64,000 nt of DNA from an uncultured bacterium. GTDB lineage: Bacteria > Krumholzibacteriota > Krumholzibacteriia > LZORAL124-64-63. Made by a program: the position numbers and the translations under genes. This document shows positions 18,583 through 31,000 of the stretch, piece after piece (positions within the stretch are counted from its first letter, which is position 1; every line of letters starts with the position of its first letter). The DNA is taken from contig CAVSZB010000007.1 in the NCBI GenBank assembly GCA_963732385.1, positions 320,001 to 384,000 of the forward strand, in the 5' to 3' direction. The notes beneath the pieces were generated by a model. It was not told where the DNA came from. It searched no databases and saw nothing but the letters and a program-made list of their open reading frames with translations.

Positions 18583-19376
18583 GCGGGCGCCGCCGGAGGC
18601 GGGATGAGCGGTCCCTCGCGGTTGAAGTCGCCCAACGATCGCAGCAGTTCGTGATGGGTGAGATCGATCAAAAGCGGCGTGATGACCACGAAGCCCTGCT
18701 GCGAGAGGACGAAGTCGGTGTCGGGCGTGTCGGCCCAGGTCGGGCCGGAGCCGCTGATCCAGAGGAACGGACGGCCGCGCGGGTCGACCTGCTGCGTGAC
18801 GACGTCCTGGTATACCCGCGAGCCGAGCCGCGCCACCCGCACGCCGCGGATCTCGTGCGGCGGCCGCTCCGGGATGTTGATGTTCAGCAGTGCGCCGGGG
18901 CCGAGCGGCCGGGCGAGCAGGTCCGGCAGCCGCTCCCGCACGAACGCCGCGGCGCCGCTCCAGTCGCGCGGATGCCAGGCGGCAAGCGACAGCGCCACCC
19001 CCGGGATGCCGAGGATCGCTCCCTCCATGGCGGCCGCCACGGTGCCGGAGTAGGTGACGTCCTCTCCCATGTTCGGCCCGTGGTTGATGCCGCTCAGCAC
19101 GACGTCGGGCGGATCGGCGTGCAACAGGTGCTCGATCGCCACGAGCACGCAGTCGGTCGGCGTGCCGGTGACGGCGTAGCGCCCCTCGCCATGGTCGATC
19201 ACCCGCACCGGCATGGTGAGCGTGAGCGAGTGGCTCGACGCGCTCTGCTGGTCGGCTGGGGCGACCACCGTGATCCGGTAGCGCCCCATGCCGCGCAGCG
19301 TCTCCTCGAGCACCTGCAGGCCGCGCGCCTGGATGCCGTCGTCGTTGGTCAGCAGGATGTGCAGCGGTCGTGGCAT
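18579..19376 (-). CDS. surE: 5'/3'-nucleotidase SurE
   Basis: ILLTNDDGI.A.GL, VVAP..QQSA.SHS, GTPTDCV, SGINHGPNMG.D..YSGTVAAA.EG. Confidence 0.97.
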   Translation of the reverse strand: MPRPLHILLTNDDGIQARGLQVLEETLRGMGRYRITVVAPADQQSASSHSLTLTMPVRVIDHGEGRYAVTGTPTDCVLVAIEHLLHADPPDVVLSGINHGPNMGEDVTYSGTVAAAMEGAILGIPGVALSLAAWHPRDWSGAAAFVRERLPDLLARPLGPGALLNINIPERPPHEIRGVRVARLGSRVYQDVVTQQVDPRGRPFLWISGSGPTWADTPDTDFVLSQQGFVVITPLLIDLTHHELLRSLGDFNREGPLIPPPAAPA

Positions 19377-19397
19377 GATGCCTCCGGATGTCCGCCG

Positions 19398-20075
19398 TCA
19401 GGCCGCCCGGTCGCGCAGCAGAAGCGCGACGAGCCGGAAGAACCGGGCGGTGTCCCGCAGCGGCCGGATGGCGCTGCTCTCCGTCCCGTAGACAGAACTG
19501 ACCGGCGCCGCCCCGATTCGGCACCCCCGCCGCGCCAGCCGCACCAGGATCTCGGACTCGGTGTCGTAGCGGCTCGTGACCAGCCGCAACCCCGCGAGCT
19601 TCGCCACCCGGAACAGCCGGTACCCGCACTGCGAGTCGGGAATCCGCTGTCCCGCGATCCCGCTCACGACCGCCGACGTGAACCGGTTCGTCGCCCGCCG
19701 GATCCATGGCATGCCGACCGGGTTGTCCATGCGCGAGCCGACCACCACGTCCCAGCTGCCGCCCGCCGCCACTTCAAGGAACCGCTGCATCTCGGCCGGC
19801 AGGTGCTGCCCGTCCGCGTCGAGCGTCCAGGCCCACTCCCACCCCGACTCGAGCGCCCGCGCGAACCCCGTGGCGAGCGCCGCCCCCTTGCCGCGGTTCA
19901 CCGGATGGGCGACCACCTCGGCCCCGTGCGCCGTGGCCACCGCCGCCGTGCCGTCGGTGCTGCCGTCGTCCACGACGAGCAGCGCCACGCCCGGCTGCAC
20001 CCGCCGGATCTCGTCCAGCAGCGCCGGCAGATGCGCCGCCCCGTTGAGGGCGGGAATGATGGCTCCATTGATCAC
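19398..20075 (-). CDS. Glycosyltransferase family 2 (DPM1-like)
   Basis: IIPALN, VVDDGSTDGT, NRGKGAAL, DADGQH, DSQCGYR; GTG start with GGAG RBS. Confidence 0.92.
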   Translation of the reverse strand: MINGAIIPALNGAAHLPALLDEIRRVQPGVALLVVDDGSTDGTAAVATAHGAEVVAHPVNRGKGAALATGFARALESGWEWAWTLDADGQHLPAEMQRFLEVAAGGSWDVVVGSRMDNPVGMPWIRRATNRFTSAVVSGIAGQRIPDSQCGYRLFRVAKLAGLRLVTSRYDTESEILVRLARRGCRIGAAPVSSVYGTESSAIRPLRDTARFFRLVALLLRDRAA

Positions 20076-20232
20076 GGCTGCTCTCCAGGATCGAGGTCGC
20101 CAGAAACTACACGGCGGGCGGATGGGCGGCAAGGGGTTCGCGCCGCGATTGCCACCGGGCAGCCCCCCTGCTAGCATCACCCGGCCCGGCGCCCCTCGCG
20201 CCGTCGCGACTCCCCGCCCCGGAGGTGTCCCG

Positions 20233-20505
20233 ATGCCGTGCCTGCTCGCCCTGCTCGCCCTGGCCACCCCGCGCCTGGTCGTGGTGTTGCTCTGGCTGTT
20301 CACCGGCTGGTTCCACGGCATCTTCCGCGCCGCCCTCTGGCCGGTCCTCGGCTTCATCTTCCTGCCCACGACGCTCCTCTGGTACTGCGCCGTGCACCAC
20401 TGGTTCGGCGGCCACTGGGGCCTCTGGCCGGTCATCGGCCTGGTGATCGCACTCTCGATCGACGTCTCGCCGGCACGCCACAAACGTCGGCGCAAGTCGG
20501 ACTGA
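20233..20505 (+). CDS. Small conserved-type hypothetical membrane protein
   Basis: GGAGGT RBS; MPCLLALLALATPRL...WPVLGFIFLPTTLLWY; about three TM segments, basic C-terminus. Confidence 0.75.
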   Translation: MPCLLALLALATPRLVVVLLWLFTGWFHGIFRAALWPVLGFIFLPTTLLWYCAVHHWFGGHWGLWPVIGLVIALSIDVSPARHKRRRKSD

Positions 20506-20664
20506 CGGCGCTTCGCAACAGGCGACCCGTCCGCGGCGCGGATTGCTTGCGATCGGTTTGCCTGTGCCGATCGAACAGAAGCAAAACCTCCCGGCATGCA
20601 AACGGGGCCTCCACCCATATTTTCATTTCAGCAATGCCCCCGCATTGCCCCAGCCATTTCCCCC

Positions 20665-20703
20665 AAAGAAAACAGCGGGCCACCTGATTCGGTAACCCGC
20701 CGT
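20665..20703 (-). terminator. Terminator after tRNA-Pro(GGG)
   Basis: ACGGCGGGTTACC...GGTGGCCCGCTGT stem plus TTTCTTT on the minus strand. Confidence 0.65.
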
Positions 20704-20719
20704 CATCATTCAGCTTAGT

Positions 20720-20797
20720 TGGTCGGGGCGGGGAGATTCGAACTCCCGACCCCTTGCACCCCATGCAAGTGCGCTAACCGGGCTGCGCTACGCCCCG
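20720..20797 (-). tRNA. tRNA-Pro (anticodon GGG)
   Basis: CGGGGCG...CGCCCCG-ACCA; anticodon arm CTTGC-ATGGGGT-GCAAG. Confidence 0.97.
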
Positions 20798-20884
20798 ACC
20801 AATAAGGGGCCGCGGCGTGGGACCGCGGCGACCACACAATCTAGCATCCGATGGGGGTTGCGACAAGCGGTTTCGGGGCGCGGA

Positions 20885-21301
20885 TCAGCGCGGACCGGGG
20901 CATTTCGGTCTGGCCAAACCGCGCACTAGATCCAGTATCCCGGTCAGTTCGCCGCGCAGGTGGGCGATCTGGCCGGGGCGGTCGAGCTGGGCGAACGGGA
21001 GATCGAGCTGCGGTTCGGGCGGCGTTGCTTCCACTGGCTTCGCGTTGGTGGCGTGCGCTTCGCGTCGCAGTTTGCGCGCGCCGGCGATGCGGAAGCCCTC
21101 CTTGTAGAGGAGGTCGCGGATGGTTTCGATTTCGGCGATGTCCTTGAGGCGGTAGCTGCGGCTGCCGGAGCGGCCTTTGCGGGGGCTGAGGGTGGGGAAT
21201 TCGCTCTCCCAGTAGCGCAGGACGTGGGGCTTGACGCCGGTCAGGGCGGCCACTTCGCTGATGCTGTAGTAGAGTTTGGTAGGATGTTCGCCGTCTGTCA
21301 T
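20885..21301 (-). CDS. MerR family transcriptional regulator
   Basis: KLYYSISEVA.LTGVKPHVLRYWESEF..L.P.K..SG.R.Y...DI, LLYKEGF.IAGAR. Confidence 0.93.
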   Translation of the reverse strand: MTDGEHPTKLYYSISEVAALTGVKPHVLRYWESEFPTLSPRKGRSGSRSYRLKDIAEIETIRDLLYKEGFRIAGARKLRREAHATNAKPVEATPPEPQLDLPFAQLDRPGQIAHLRGELTGILDLVRGLARPKCPGPR

Positions 21302-21323
21302 GGCCGTGCCTCCCCCGGTCCGG

Positions 21324-22352
21324 TCAGTCGGCTTCGTCGCGCGGGGCGCGCTCCATCAGGCTGCGCATGGCCGCCACGGGCGGACGGCCGGAGAATATCA
21401 CATCGTGAACTGCTTGCGTGATAGGAAGTTCGATACCGAACTTCAGACCGAGCTTCAAGGCGACCTGGGCCATGGCGACCCCCTCCACGACCTGCAGGGA
21501 GGCGGCCTGGACCGCCTGGGGATCGCGTACGCCGCGCCCGACCTCCTCGCCGAAATTGCGGTTCCGGGAGAAGCGGCTGGTGCAGGTGGTGATCATGTCG
21601 CCGATGCCGGCCAGGCCATAGAAGGAGTGCGCCTGTCCGCCGAGCGCCTGGCCAAGTCGCGCCAGCTCGGCCAGGCCGCGGGTCATGACGGCGCCCCGGG
21701 TGTTGTCGCCGAGGGCGAGGCCGTCGCACAGGCCGGCCGCGATGGCGATGACGTTCTTGAAGGCGGATGAGATTTCCACTCCCGGCAGGTCGTCGTTCGT
21801 GTAGACGCGGAAAGCGGGGCTGTTGAGCCGGCGACGCAGTGGGACCCAGTCCACGCCGGAGCGGCCCGCCAGGACCACCGCGGTCGGCAGGCCGCGCGCC
21901 ACCTCCTCGGCGTGGCTCGGTCCAAGCAGCACACCGACCGGATGGTCGTGGTTGGCGTCGTCGCTCCCGGTCTCCTCCTCGAGGACTTCGCTCAGGCGCA
22001 GCAGGGTGGCCAGTTCCATTCCCTTCGCGAGGCAGATGACCGGCGTGCCGGCCGGCAGCCCGGCGGCGCCGAGCGCGTGCCCCACGTCGCGCACCGCCTG
22101 GCTCGGCACCACGACGAATGTCGTGTCGGCGCCGGCCACCGCCTCGGGGAGATCCAGCGTGGCCCGCACGTTCGGCGGCAGCATGACCCCCGGCAGGTAG
22201 ACCGGATTCTCGCGCGTCTCGTTGATGAGTCGCACCTGCTCGGGCACGATCCCCCACAGCATGACTTCCCGCCAGGTGGTGGCGAGGTGCCGCGAGAATG
22301 ACGTGCCCCACGAACCGGTGCCGAGCACGACGGCCCTGCCTGCCTGGCTCAC
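21324..22352 (-). CDS. gpsA: NAD(P)H-dependent glycerol-3-phosphate dehydrogenase
   Basis: GTGSWGT, AKGME, GPSHAEEV, FKNVIAIAAG, GLAGIGD..TTC.S..SRNR; GTGA overlap with the plsY stop. Confidence 0.96.
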   Translation of the reverse strand: MSQAGRAVVLGTGSWGTSFSRHLATTWREVMLWGIVPEQVRLINETRENPVYLPGVMLPPNVRATLDLPEAVAGADTTFVVVPSQAVRDVGHALGAAGLPAGTPVICLAKGMELATLLRLSEVLEEETGSDDANHDHPVGVLLGPSHAEEVARGLPTAVVLAGRSGVDWVPLRRRLNSPAFRVYTNDDLPGVEISSAFKNVIAIAAGLCDGLALGDNTRGAVMTRGLAELARLGQALGGQAHSFYGLAGIGDMITTCTSRFSRNRNFGEEVGRGVRDPQAVQAASLQVVEGVAMAQVALKLGLKFGIELPITQAVHDVIFSGRPPVAAMRSLMERAPRDEAD

Positions 22353-23053
22353 GACCGGCCCCCTTTCGCGGTGCGCCGCGGCGCGTCGGCGGCGGACTGC
22401 GGCGAGGGGCGCTTCCCCTCGCGCAACTGCGACTCGGTGCCGTCGGCCAGCCGCCGGATGTTGGCGCGGTGCTTGAACAGCACCCAGGCCACGATGACCA
22501 GCGTGAAGCCGAAGATCGTCTTCGAGAAGCTCTCCGAGCGCCATTCGAAGAAGGCGACCGCCACCGGCAAAACGATCGTGGCGCAGAGGCTCGCCAGCGA
22601 GACGATGCGGGCGAAGGCGAAGGCGATCCCCCATACGGCCAGCACCGTGATCAGCGGGTACGGGGCCAGGACGGCGAAGGCGCCGGCGGTCGTGGAGATT
22701 CCCTTGCCGCCGTGGAAGCCGACGAACGGCGACAGCGTGTGGCCGATCGCGGCCACGAAGCCGGCAGTGATGCGCAGCACGTCCGGCGGCAGATGCAGCG
22801 GCAGCGGAGTGTGGGCGGTGCGGACGCTCAGCAGCACGGACATCAGCAGGACCGGCACCGCTCCCTTGAGCATGTCGAGCAGCAGCACCAGACCGCCCCA
22901 CCAGCCGCCGAGCGTGCGGAAGACATTGGTGGCGCCGAGGTTGCCGCTGCCGTGCTCGCGCAGGTCGATGCCGGCGACGCGGCGGGCGATCCAGTAGCTC
23001 GTGGGGATCGAGCCGAGAAAGTAGGCCAGGACCAAACAGACCACGTAGAGCAC
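22349..23053 (-). CDS. plsY: Glycerol-3-phosphate acyltransferase PlsY
   Basis: YFLGSIP, DLREHGSGNLGATN..R, DMLKG, GH..SPF..F.GGKG, HRANI.RL..GTE. Confidence 0.96.
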   Translation of the reverse strand: MLYVVCLVLAYFLGSIPTSYWIARRVAGIDLREHGSGNLGATNVFRTLGGWWGGLVLLLDMLKGAVPVLLMSVLLSVRTAHTPLPLHLPPDVLRITAGFVAAIGHTLSPFVGFHGGKGISTTAGAFAVLAPYPLITVLAVWGIAFAFARIVSLASLCATIVLPVAVAFFEWRSESFSKTIFGFTLVIVAWVLFKHRANIRRLADGTESQLREGKRPSPQSAADAPRRTAKGGRS

Positions 23054-23065
23054 GCCGTCACTCCC

Positions 23066-24376
23066 CTAGTGCGCCTTGAGCTTGATGAAGATGCGGCTGC
23101 CGAGGAAGCCGTAGGTGTCGCGCAGGCGGTTGTTGAGGAAGCGCAGGTAGTGGCGGGCGAAGACCGCCGGGTCGTTCACCGACAGCACGATGACCGGCGG
23201 CGCCACTCCGGTCTGCGTGGCGTAGTAGACCCGCCCGGTGCCGCCTTCGTGCGAGCGCGGCGGCTGCTCATCCATTACTTTCTTGAGGAAGCGGTTCAAC
23301 TCGCCGGTGTCGATGCGGCGCTGGCGCGCCTCGTGCACCTCCCACGCCTTCTCGATGACGCCGCCGCTGCGCTGGCGGGTCAGCGCCGAGAGGGTCATGA
23401 AGGGTGCATAGGAGACGAACGGCACCTCCATCTGGAATTTCTCCCAGAGTTCCAGGTGGGTCTTGTGATCCTTCTCGACCAGGTCCCACTTGTTGAAGGC
23501 GATCAGCATCCCCTTGCCCTGATCGTGGATCATCCCGGCGATGCGGGCGTCCTGCGCCACGCCGCCGGCCGAGGCGTCGACGATCAGCACCGCCACGTCG
23601 CACTCCTCGATGGCCCGCTCGCTGCGCAGGACGCTGAACACCTCGACCGCCTCGTCGATGCGCGAGCGGCGGCGCAGGCCGGCGGTATCGACCAGGCGCA
23701 GCACGCGCCCCTGCCAGCGCAGGTCGGTGTTGATGGAGTCGCGCGTGGTGCCGGGGATGTCGCTTACGAGCGATTCCTGACGCCCCACGAGCAGGTTGAG
23801 CAGGCTCGACTTGCCGACGTTGGGCCGGCCGACGATGGCGATGCGGCAGTCGCACGGGGTTTCCGCCGCATCGGTGGGGAAGCCGGCCACGACCAGGTCG
23901 AGCAGGTCCCCCACGTTCTGGCCGTGCAGCGCGCTGATGCCGGTCGGGTCGCCCAGGCCGAGCTTCCAGAACTCCGGCACGGCGAAGAGGTTGGTATCCT
24001 TTTCGATCTTGTTGACCGCCAGCACCACCGGCTTGCCGCTCTTGCGCAGCAGGTTGGCGATGTGCTCGTCCCAGGCGGTTACTCCGGTCTGGCCATCGAC
24101 GAGAAACAGCGCCACGTCGGCCTCGGCGATGGCGTCGAGGGCGATGTCGGTCACGACACGGTCGAACTGGGAGACGGTCTCGCCGAACGGCACAATGCCG
24201 CCGGTGTCGAGCAGCAGGAACGGATGGCCCGCCCAGTCGGTGCGCTCGGCGATGCGGTCGCGGGTGACGCCGGCGCTTTCGTGGACGACGGCGCGCCGCT
24301 CCCCCACGATCCGGTTGAAGAGCGTCGACTTGCCGACGTTCGGTCGCCCGACGATGACCACGGTGCGCAGGGACAC
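23066..24376 (-). CDS. der: Ribosome biogenesis GTPase Der (EngA)
   Basis: Two GRPNVGKS G-domains, GVTRDR/GTTRDS, DTGG/DTAG, NKIE/NKWD, KH-like C-terminus. Confidence 0.98.
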   Translation of the reverse strand: MSLRTVVIVGRPNVGKSTLFNRIVGERRAVVHESAGVTRDRIAERTDWAGHPFLLLDTGGIVPFGETVSQFDRVVTDIALDAIAEADVALFLVDGQTGVTAWDEHIANLLRKSGKPVVLAVNKIEKDTNLFAVPEFWKLGLGDPTGISALHGQNVGDLLDLVVAGFPTDAAETPCDCRIAIVGRPNVGKSSLLNLLVGRQESLVSDIPGTTRDSINTDLRWQGRVLRLVDTAGLRRRSRIDEAVEVFSVLRSERAIEECDVAVLIVDASAGGVAQDARIAGMIHDQGKGMLIAFNKWDLVEKDHKTHLELWEKFQMEVPFVSYAPFMTLSALTRQRSGGVIEKAWEVHEARQRRIDTGELNRFLKKVMDEQPPRSHEGGTGRVYYATQTGVAPPVIVLSVNDPAVFARHYLRFLNNRLRDTYGFLGSRIFIKLKAH

Positions 24377-24446
24377 GTTGAACCACCCGCGACGCTGACG
24401 CCGCAAATTGCCTGTTTACAAGCAGATCGACCGGAACTGCTCGAAA

Positions 24447-25748
24447 CTACTCCAAAGCGGCCCAGAAGTCAACCAGACCGTCCTCCGGTGGCACGAGCAG
24501 CTCGTGCGGGGAGCCTGCGGCGATGGCGGCGAGGTCGAGATCGTCGAGCGTGACCTCGTTGGCGTTGAACATGCGCGGTGGCAGGAGCACGGTGCGCCGC
24601 GGCTCGGGCGGCAGCGCTTGCAGGGTGCGGCGGACGTCGCCGCCAGCGAGCAGCCCCGCCACCGTGACGGTGGCGCCGTAGAAGCGGTTCTCCACCGCCA
24701 GCACCTCCACCGGCGGCGCGCCGGCCGCGGCGAACAGCGGCAGCAGCTCGCGCGCGAACCCCTGCGCGCCGAGGCGTCCGGTAAGGATCGTGAGGGGGCG
24801 GGTCGGCGCGCGGCCGCGGTCGCGCAGGTCGTCCAGCGCTTCGCGCCAGGAGTCGCGCAGGTGGACGGTCAGGCCGATGCCGTTGTCGACCTGCGGGAAG
24901 TCGTCGTAGACGGTGGCGTCGGGAAAAGGATGGTCGGCGAGCAGGTAGAATTCGTCGCTGAGGTGGACGAAGGTTTCCCCCGTCCCGGCGCGCGCGCTCT
25001 CCTGCCAGGCCGACACCTGCGCGATCACCGCGCGGGCGATGGCCGGGGTAACCGGATCGAGCCGCCTGAGTTCTTCGCGGTGCGCCGTCAGTCCGACCGG
25101 CACGATCGCCAGCGACCCCACCCCCGGGTGCAGCGCCAGCAGCTCGCGGATCGACTGGTCGAGGATGGCGCCGTCGTTGAGGCCGGGACAGAGCACGATC
25201 TGCGTGTGGACGTCGATGCCGCCGTCGACCAGCTCGCGCAGGATCGGCAGTACGTCGATGCGCCGCTTGATGCCGAGCAGCCGCGTGCGCACGTCGGTGT
25301 CGGTGGCGTGCACGGAGACGAACAGTGGCGACATCTTCTGCTCGAGGATCCGCTTGAGCCCCTTGCGGCCGAGCGAAGTGAGCGTGATGTAGTTGCCGTA
25401 GAGGAAGCTGAAGCGGTAGTCCTCGTCCTTCACGTAGATCGGCGCCCGCATCCCCTGCGGGTTCTGGTCAATGAAGCAGAAGACGCAGTTGCAGGCGCAG
25501 GTCCTGAATTCCATCGGCGCGAACGCCTGCGTGACCTGGTCGAGCGCCGTCGGCGGCACCGCCACCCGCAGCTCGCTGCCGTCGCCCCGGCGGATCGTGA
25601 GCATGGTCCGCTCGCCCTCGGGCATGTAGTAGTAGAGGTCGAGCATGTCTTCGATCAGACGACCGTCGACGGCAACCACGGCGTCACCCGGCGCCCACTT
25701 GTGCAGGCGGTCGAGCGGGGGCGGGAACGGTGAAACCAGCTGGATCAT
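24447..25748 (-). CDS. DUF512 radical-SAM-like Fe-S protein with N-terminal PDZ-like region
   Basis: CACNCVFCFIDQNP (CxxxCxxC), KDEDYRFSFLYGNYITLT, VPVGLT, SDEFY, NGIG. Confidence 0.92.
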   Translation of the reverse strand: MIQLVSPFPPPLDRLHKWAPGDAVVAVDGRLIEDMLDLYYYMPEGERTMLTIRRGDGSELRVAVPPTALDQVTQAFAPMEFRTCACNCVFCFIDQNPQGMRAPIYVKDEDYRFSFLYGNYITLTSLGRKGLKRILEQKMSPLFVSVHATDTDVRTRLLGIKRRIDVLPILRELVDGGIDVHTQIVLCPGLNDGAILDQSIRELLALHPGVGSLAIVPVGLTAHREELRRLDPVTPAIARAVIAQVSAWQESARAGTGETFVHLSDEFYLLADHPFPDATVYDDFPQVDNGIGLTVHLRDSWREALDDLRDRGRAPTRPLTILTGRLGAQGFARELLPLFAAAGAPPVEVLAVENRFYGATVTVAGLLAGGDVRRTLQALPPEPRRTVLLPPRMFNANEVTLDDLDLAAIAAGSPHELLVPPEDGLVDFWAALE

Positions 25749-25911
25749 GCGGCGCACCCCGGGACGGAGGTTCGGGGACCATTAACGCACGGATCGTCCG
25801 GAGGGGCAATATCGCGGCTCGTGCCGGGCGCGGCCACGCCGTAAAGTGGGAAGCGCCTCGACGACAGCCGTCCGGCGGACGTCGTCTCTCCCGCGCGCGA
25901 AGGACCACGCC

Positions 25912-26337
25912 ATGCCGCCCTGCCCCGAACCCACTCCGGACATCGTCTACGGCACCTACTGCTCCGCGCGGAAGCGCCCCGACGCCGGGCTGTTGCCAGC
26001 GCTCGCGCGCTACGACAGCGCCCGCCTGCGCGAGGTGGCCCGGCTGGCTGCGGCCGACGGCGCGCGGCTGCTGATCCTGTCGGGCCGGTTCGGCCTGCTC
26101 ACGCCCGGGGCGGAGATCCCGTGGTACGACCAGCGCCTGCTGGCGGAGGCGGCGCCGGAGCTGACGACGCGCGTGGCAATGCAGTTGCGCGACGAGCGGG
26201 TGGCGGTCCTGGTTTGGTTCACGGTCGATCCCGCGGTCGAACCCGGCGTGATGCCGTACCGCGAGGTGATGCGGGGCGCCGCCGCCGCCGCGGGCGTGGC
26301 GTGGCGCGAGCGGATCGTGGACGACACCGGAGATTGA
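25912..26337 (+). CDS. DUF6884/YaaA-like small protein
   Basis: CSARK...PA..RYDS, LILSGRFGLL.P...IPWYDQRL motif pattern; AAGGA RBS. Confidence 0.65.
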   Translation: MPPCPEPTPDIVYGTYCSARKRPDAGLLPALARYDSARLREVARLAAADGARLLILSGRFGLLTPGAEIPWYDQRLLAEAAPELTTRVAMQLRDERVAVLVWFTVDPAVEPGVMPYREVMRGAAAAAGVAWRERIVDDTGD

Positions 26338-26360
26338 GCGGACGCCCGCAGGTCTGCGGT

Positions 26361-28007
<1,647 letters not shown>

Positions 28008-28052
28008 CGGCCGACAGTAACCCCGGCGGGCGGGATCGGCAAATCGGGTACG

Positions 28053-31000
28053 TCACGGACCGAACAGCACCTCGACCGCGTGCTCGCGCTGGTCGTTGAT
28101 GAGCTGCAGGGTCCCGTCCGGCAGCGGTCGACCGTCGAGCGTCAGCCGGATCGGGCCGTCGTGCGCCGGCGCCTGCGTGAACACGAGGTGGTAGAAGGTC
28201 TGGTAGTAGCGGTAGTGCAGCTTGAACTCGGTCCACGAGGCCGGAACCCGCGGCCGGAAGCGCAGCGTGTCCGCCTGCCGGTCGATGCCGAGGACGACCT
28301 CGTGCAGCAGCCGGTAGAACCAGGCCGCCGAGCCGGTGTACCAGGTCCAGCCGCCGCGGCCGGCGTGCGGGGGCTGGCTGTAGACATCCGCGGCGAGCAC
28401 GTAGGGTTCGACCTTGTAGCGCTCGACCGCCGACGGGTCGAGCGCGTGGTTGATCGGGTTCAGCAACGAAACGAGCGCCGCGGCCTGCTCGCTGCGGCCG
28501 GCCATCGCCAGGGCCAGGGCCGCCCAGACCGCGCCGTGGGTGTACTGCCCGCCGTTCTCGCGCACGCCCGGCGGGTACCCCTTGATGTAGCCGGGCTCGA
28601 GGATGGAACTGATCGAATGGCGGGGTGAGGAGCTGGACGATCTGGAGATCCTGGCGCACCAGCCGGTCCCACATGGAATCGAGCGCCAGCCGGCGGCGCT
28701 CGGGAGTCGCCGACGCCGGCGATCGTGGCCCAGCTCTGGGGCAGCGAGTCGATCCGGCATTCCGCGTTCGCGCGCCGAGCCCAGGGGCTCGCCGTCGTCG
28801 AACCAGGCGCGACGGTACCACTGGCCGTCCCAGGCGTGCTCCTCGATCCGGGCCGCCAGTTCGCTGGCGGCGGCCAGGCAGTCGACGGCGAAGGCCGCGT
28901 CCCCGCGCCGCCGAGCCAGGGGAGCGAACTGCGACAGCACTTCGTGCAGGAAGAACCCCAGCCAGACGCTCTCTCCCCGCCCGAGATGACCGACCCGGTT
29001 CATGCCGTCGTTCCAGTCCCCGCCGCCCATCAGCGGCAGGCCGTGGCTCCCGAACTCAAGGCCGTTGCGGATGGCCCGCGTGCAGTGCTCGTACAGGCTT
29101 CCGGTCTGATCGGAGCGGCCCGGCAGGTCGTAGTAGCTCTCCTCGCGGTCGTTGAGCGCCCGGCCGGTCAGGAACGGGATCTGCTCGTCGAGCACGCCGG
29201 TGTCGCCGGTGAAGGCCACGTACCGGGCGACGGCGTACGGCAGCCACAGGTAGTCGTCCGAGCAGCGGGTGCGCACGCCGCGTCCGGCCGGCGGGTGCCA
29301 CCAGTGCTGCACGTCCCCCTCGACGAACTGCCGCCCGGCGCAGCGCAGGAGATGCTGCGCGGCACAGGTCGGGCGCCTCGTGCAGGAGGGCCACGCAGTC
29401 CTGCAGCTGATCGCGGAAGCCGTAGGCTCCGCCCGACTGGTAGAAGCCGCTGCGGCCCCACATGCGGCAGGACAGCACCTGGTACGGCAGCCAGCCGTTC
29501 ATCAGCACGTTCAGGGCGGCGTCCGGCGTCTCGGCGTGGAGCACGCCCGAGCTTCTCATTCCAGAACCGCCAGACCTCCTCCAGCGCGACGCGCGCGGCC
29601 CCGACGCCCCGGTGGCCCTGGATCAGCGCGATCGCCTCCGCGGTGCTCGTCGCCGGCGCCGAGGATGAAGACGATCTCCCGCTCCGCCCCCGCGGCGCAG
29701 CTCCAGCCGCGCCTGCATCGCGGCGCAGGGGTCCAGGCCCGGACCCAGCCGCCCGCTCAGCCGCCGCAGGCGCAGCGCCGCCGGGCTCGACGGGTCGCCA
29801 TTGCGGCCGAGGATCTCGGTGCGGTCGCCGCTGACGCTGCGCACGGTCTCGCTGCAGTCGAAGAAGGCCACGGCGCCGGCGAACTCGCCGTTGTAGCTGT
29901 TGCGGGCGAGAATCGCGCCGGTCAGCGGCTCGAGCTCGGTCACGACGTGCATGGCCTGCCGGGAGCGCAGGTCGCCGAGCACCAGGTCGACGGAGGCGAG
30001 GACGCTGACGGTGCGGCTGCGCGCGCTCTGGTTCCTTGATCTTCAACGCCAGGAACTTCACCGGCGCGGCGACCGCCACGTAGGTCGTCAGCTCCGTCTC
30101 CAGCCCGTCCTCGCGCGTGCTCGAAGATGCTGTACCCGAAGCCGTGCCGGCAGGCGTAGGCCGTGTCGCCGGCGCGCGGCCAGGGCATCGGGCTGAAGAA
30201 CCGCCCGCTCGATTCGTCGCGAACGTAGATGACCTCGCCGCTCGGATCGCTGACGGCGTCGTTGCTCCACGGCGTCAGCCGGCAGAGCTGGGCATTGCCG
30301 TACCAGGTGTAGGCGCTGCCGCTCTCGCTGACCACGGTGCCGAGCCGCGGGTTGGCGATGACGTTCACCCAGGGCAGCGGGCGTGTGGCGGCCCGGCGGC
30401 AGGTCGACGATGTACTCGCGCCCGTCCCGCGTGAAGCCGCCGGTGCCGTTGGCGAAGATCAGGTCGTCGCGCGGGCGTCGAGCGTCGCGGCCTCTCCTGC
30501 CGGCGGCGCGCATCTGGCGGGCCGGGGCCAGCAGCGAGGCCCGCGGCGGCAGCGTCGCCCGCTGCCAGCGGTCCAGCTGCTGGTCGAGCGGGCCGTCGAC
30601 ATCCCGGATGACGATCCGTGCCACCGCCTGGAGCAGCACGCGGTCCTCCTCGGGGAAGCTGTCGATGTGCCGCACGAACACGCCGCCCGGCTTGTCCACC
30701 AGCTGGGCCTCGGTGCCCGCGGCGATGAGCCCCAGGATCTGGTCGTTGAGCACGCGCCGGTAGCCCGAGGCGTCCTCGTTCCAGATCACCAGGTCGGTCG
30801 ACAGGCCGCGCATCCGCCAGTAGGCGTGCGCCCGGAGCAGGTCGCGCACCAGGTGCAGGTTGTCGGCGTCGCTCACGCGCAGCAGCACGATCGGCAGATC
30901 GCCCGAGATCGCGTACCCCCAGAGGCCCGACTGACCCTTGCGGTTGCGGCGCAGGATGCTGCCCGGGGCCCGGTAGGCGCTGACCGGGAAGATCACGGCG

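Noticed and set aside
17776..20797. Genomic island flanked by direct repeats (two tRNA-Pro copies)
   Set aside because: Both are complete tRNAs with different anticodons (CGG, GGG), and the enclosed surE and pcm are core genes
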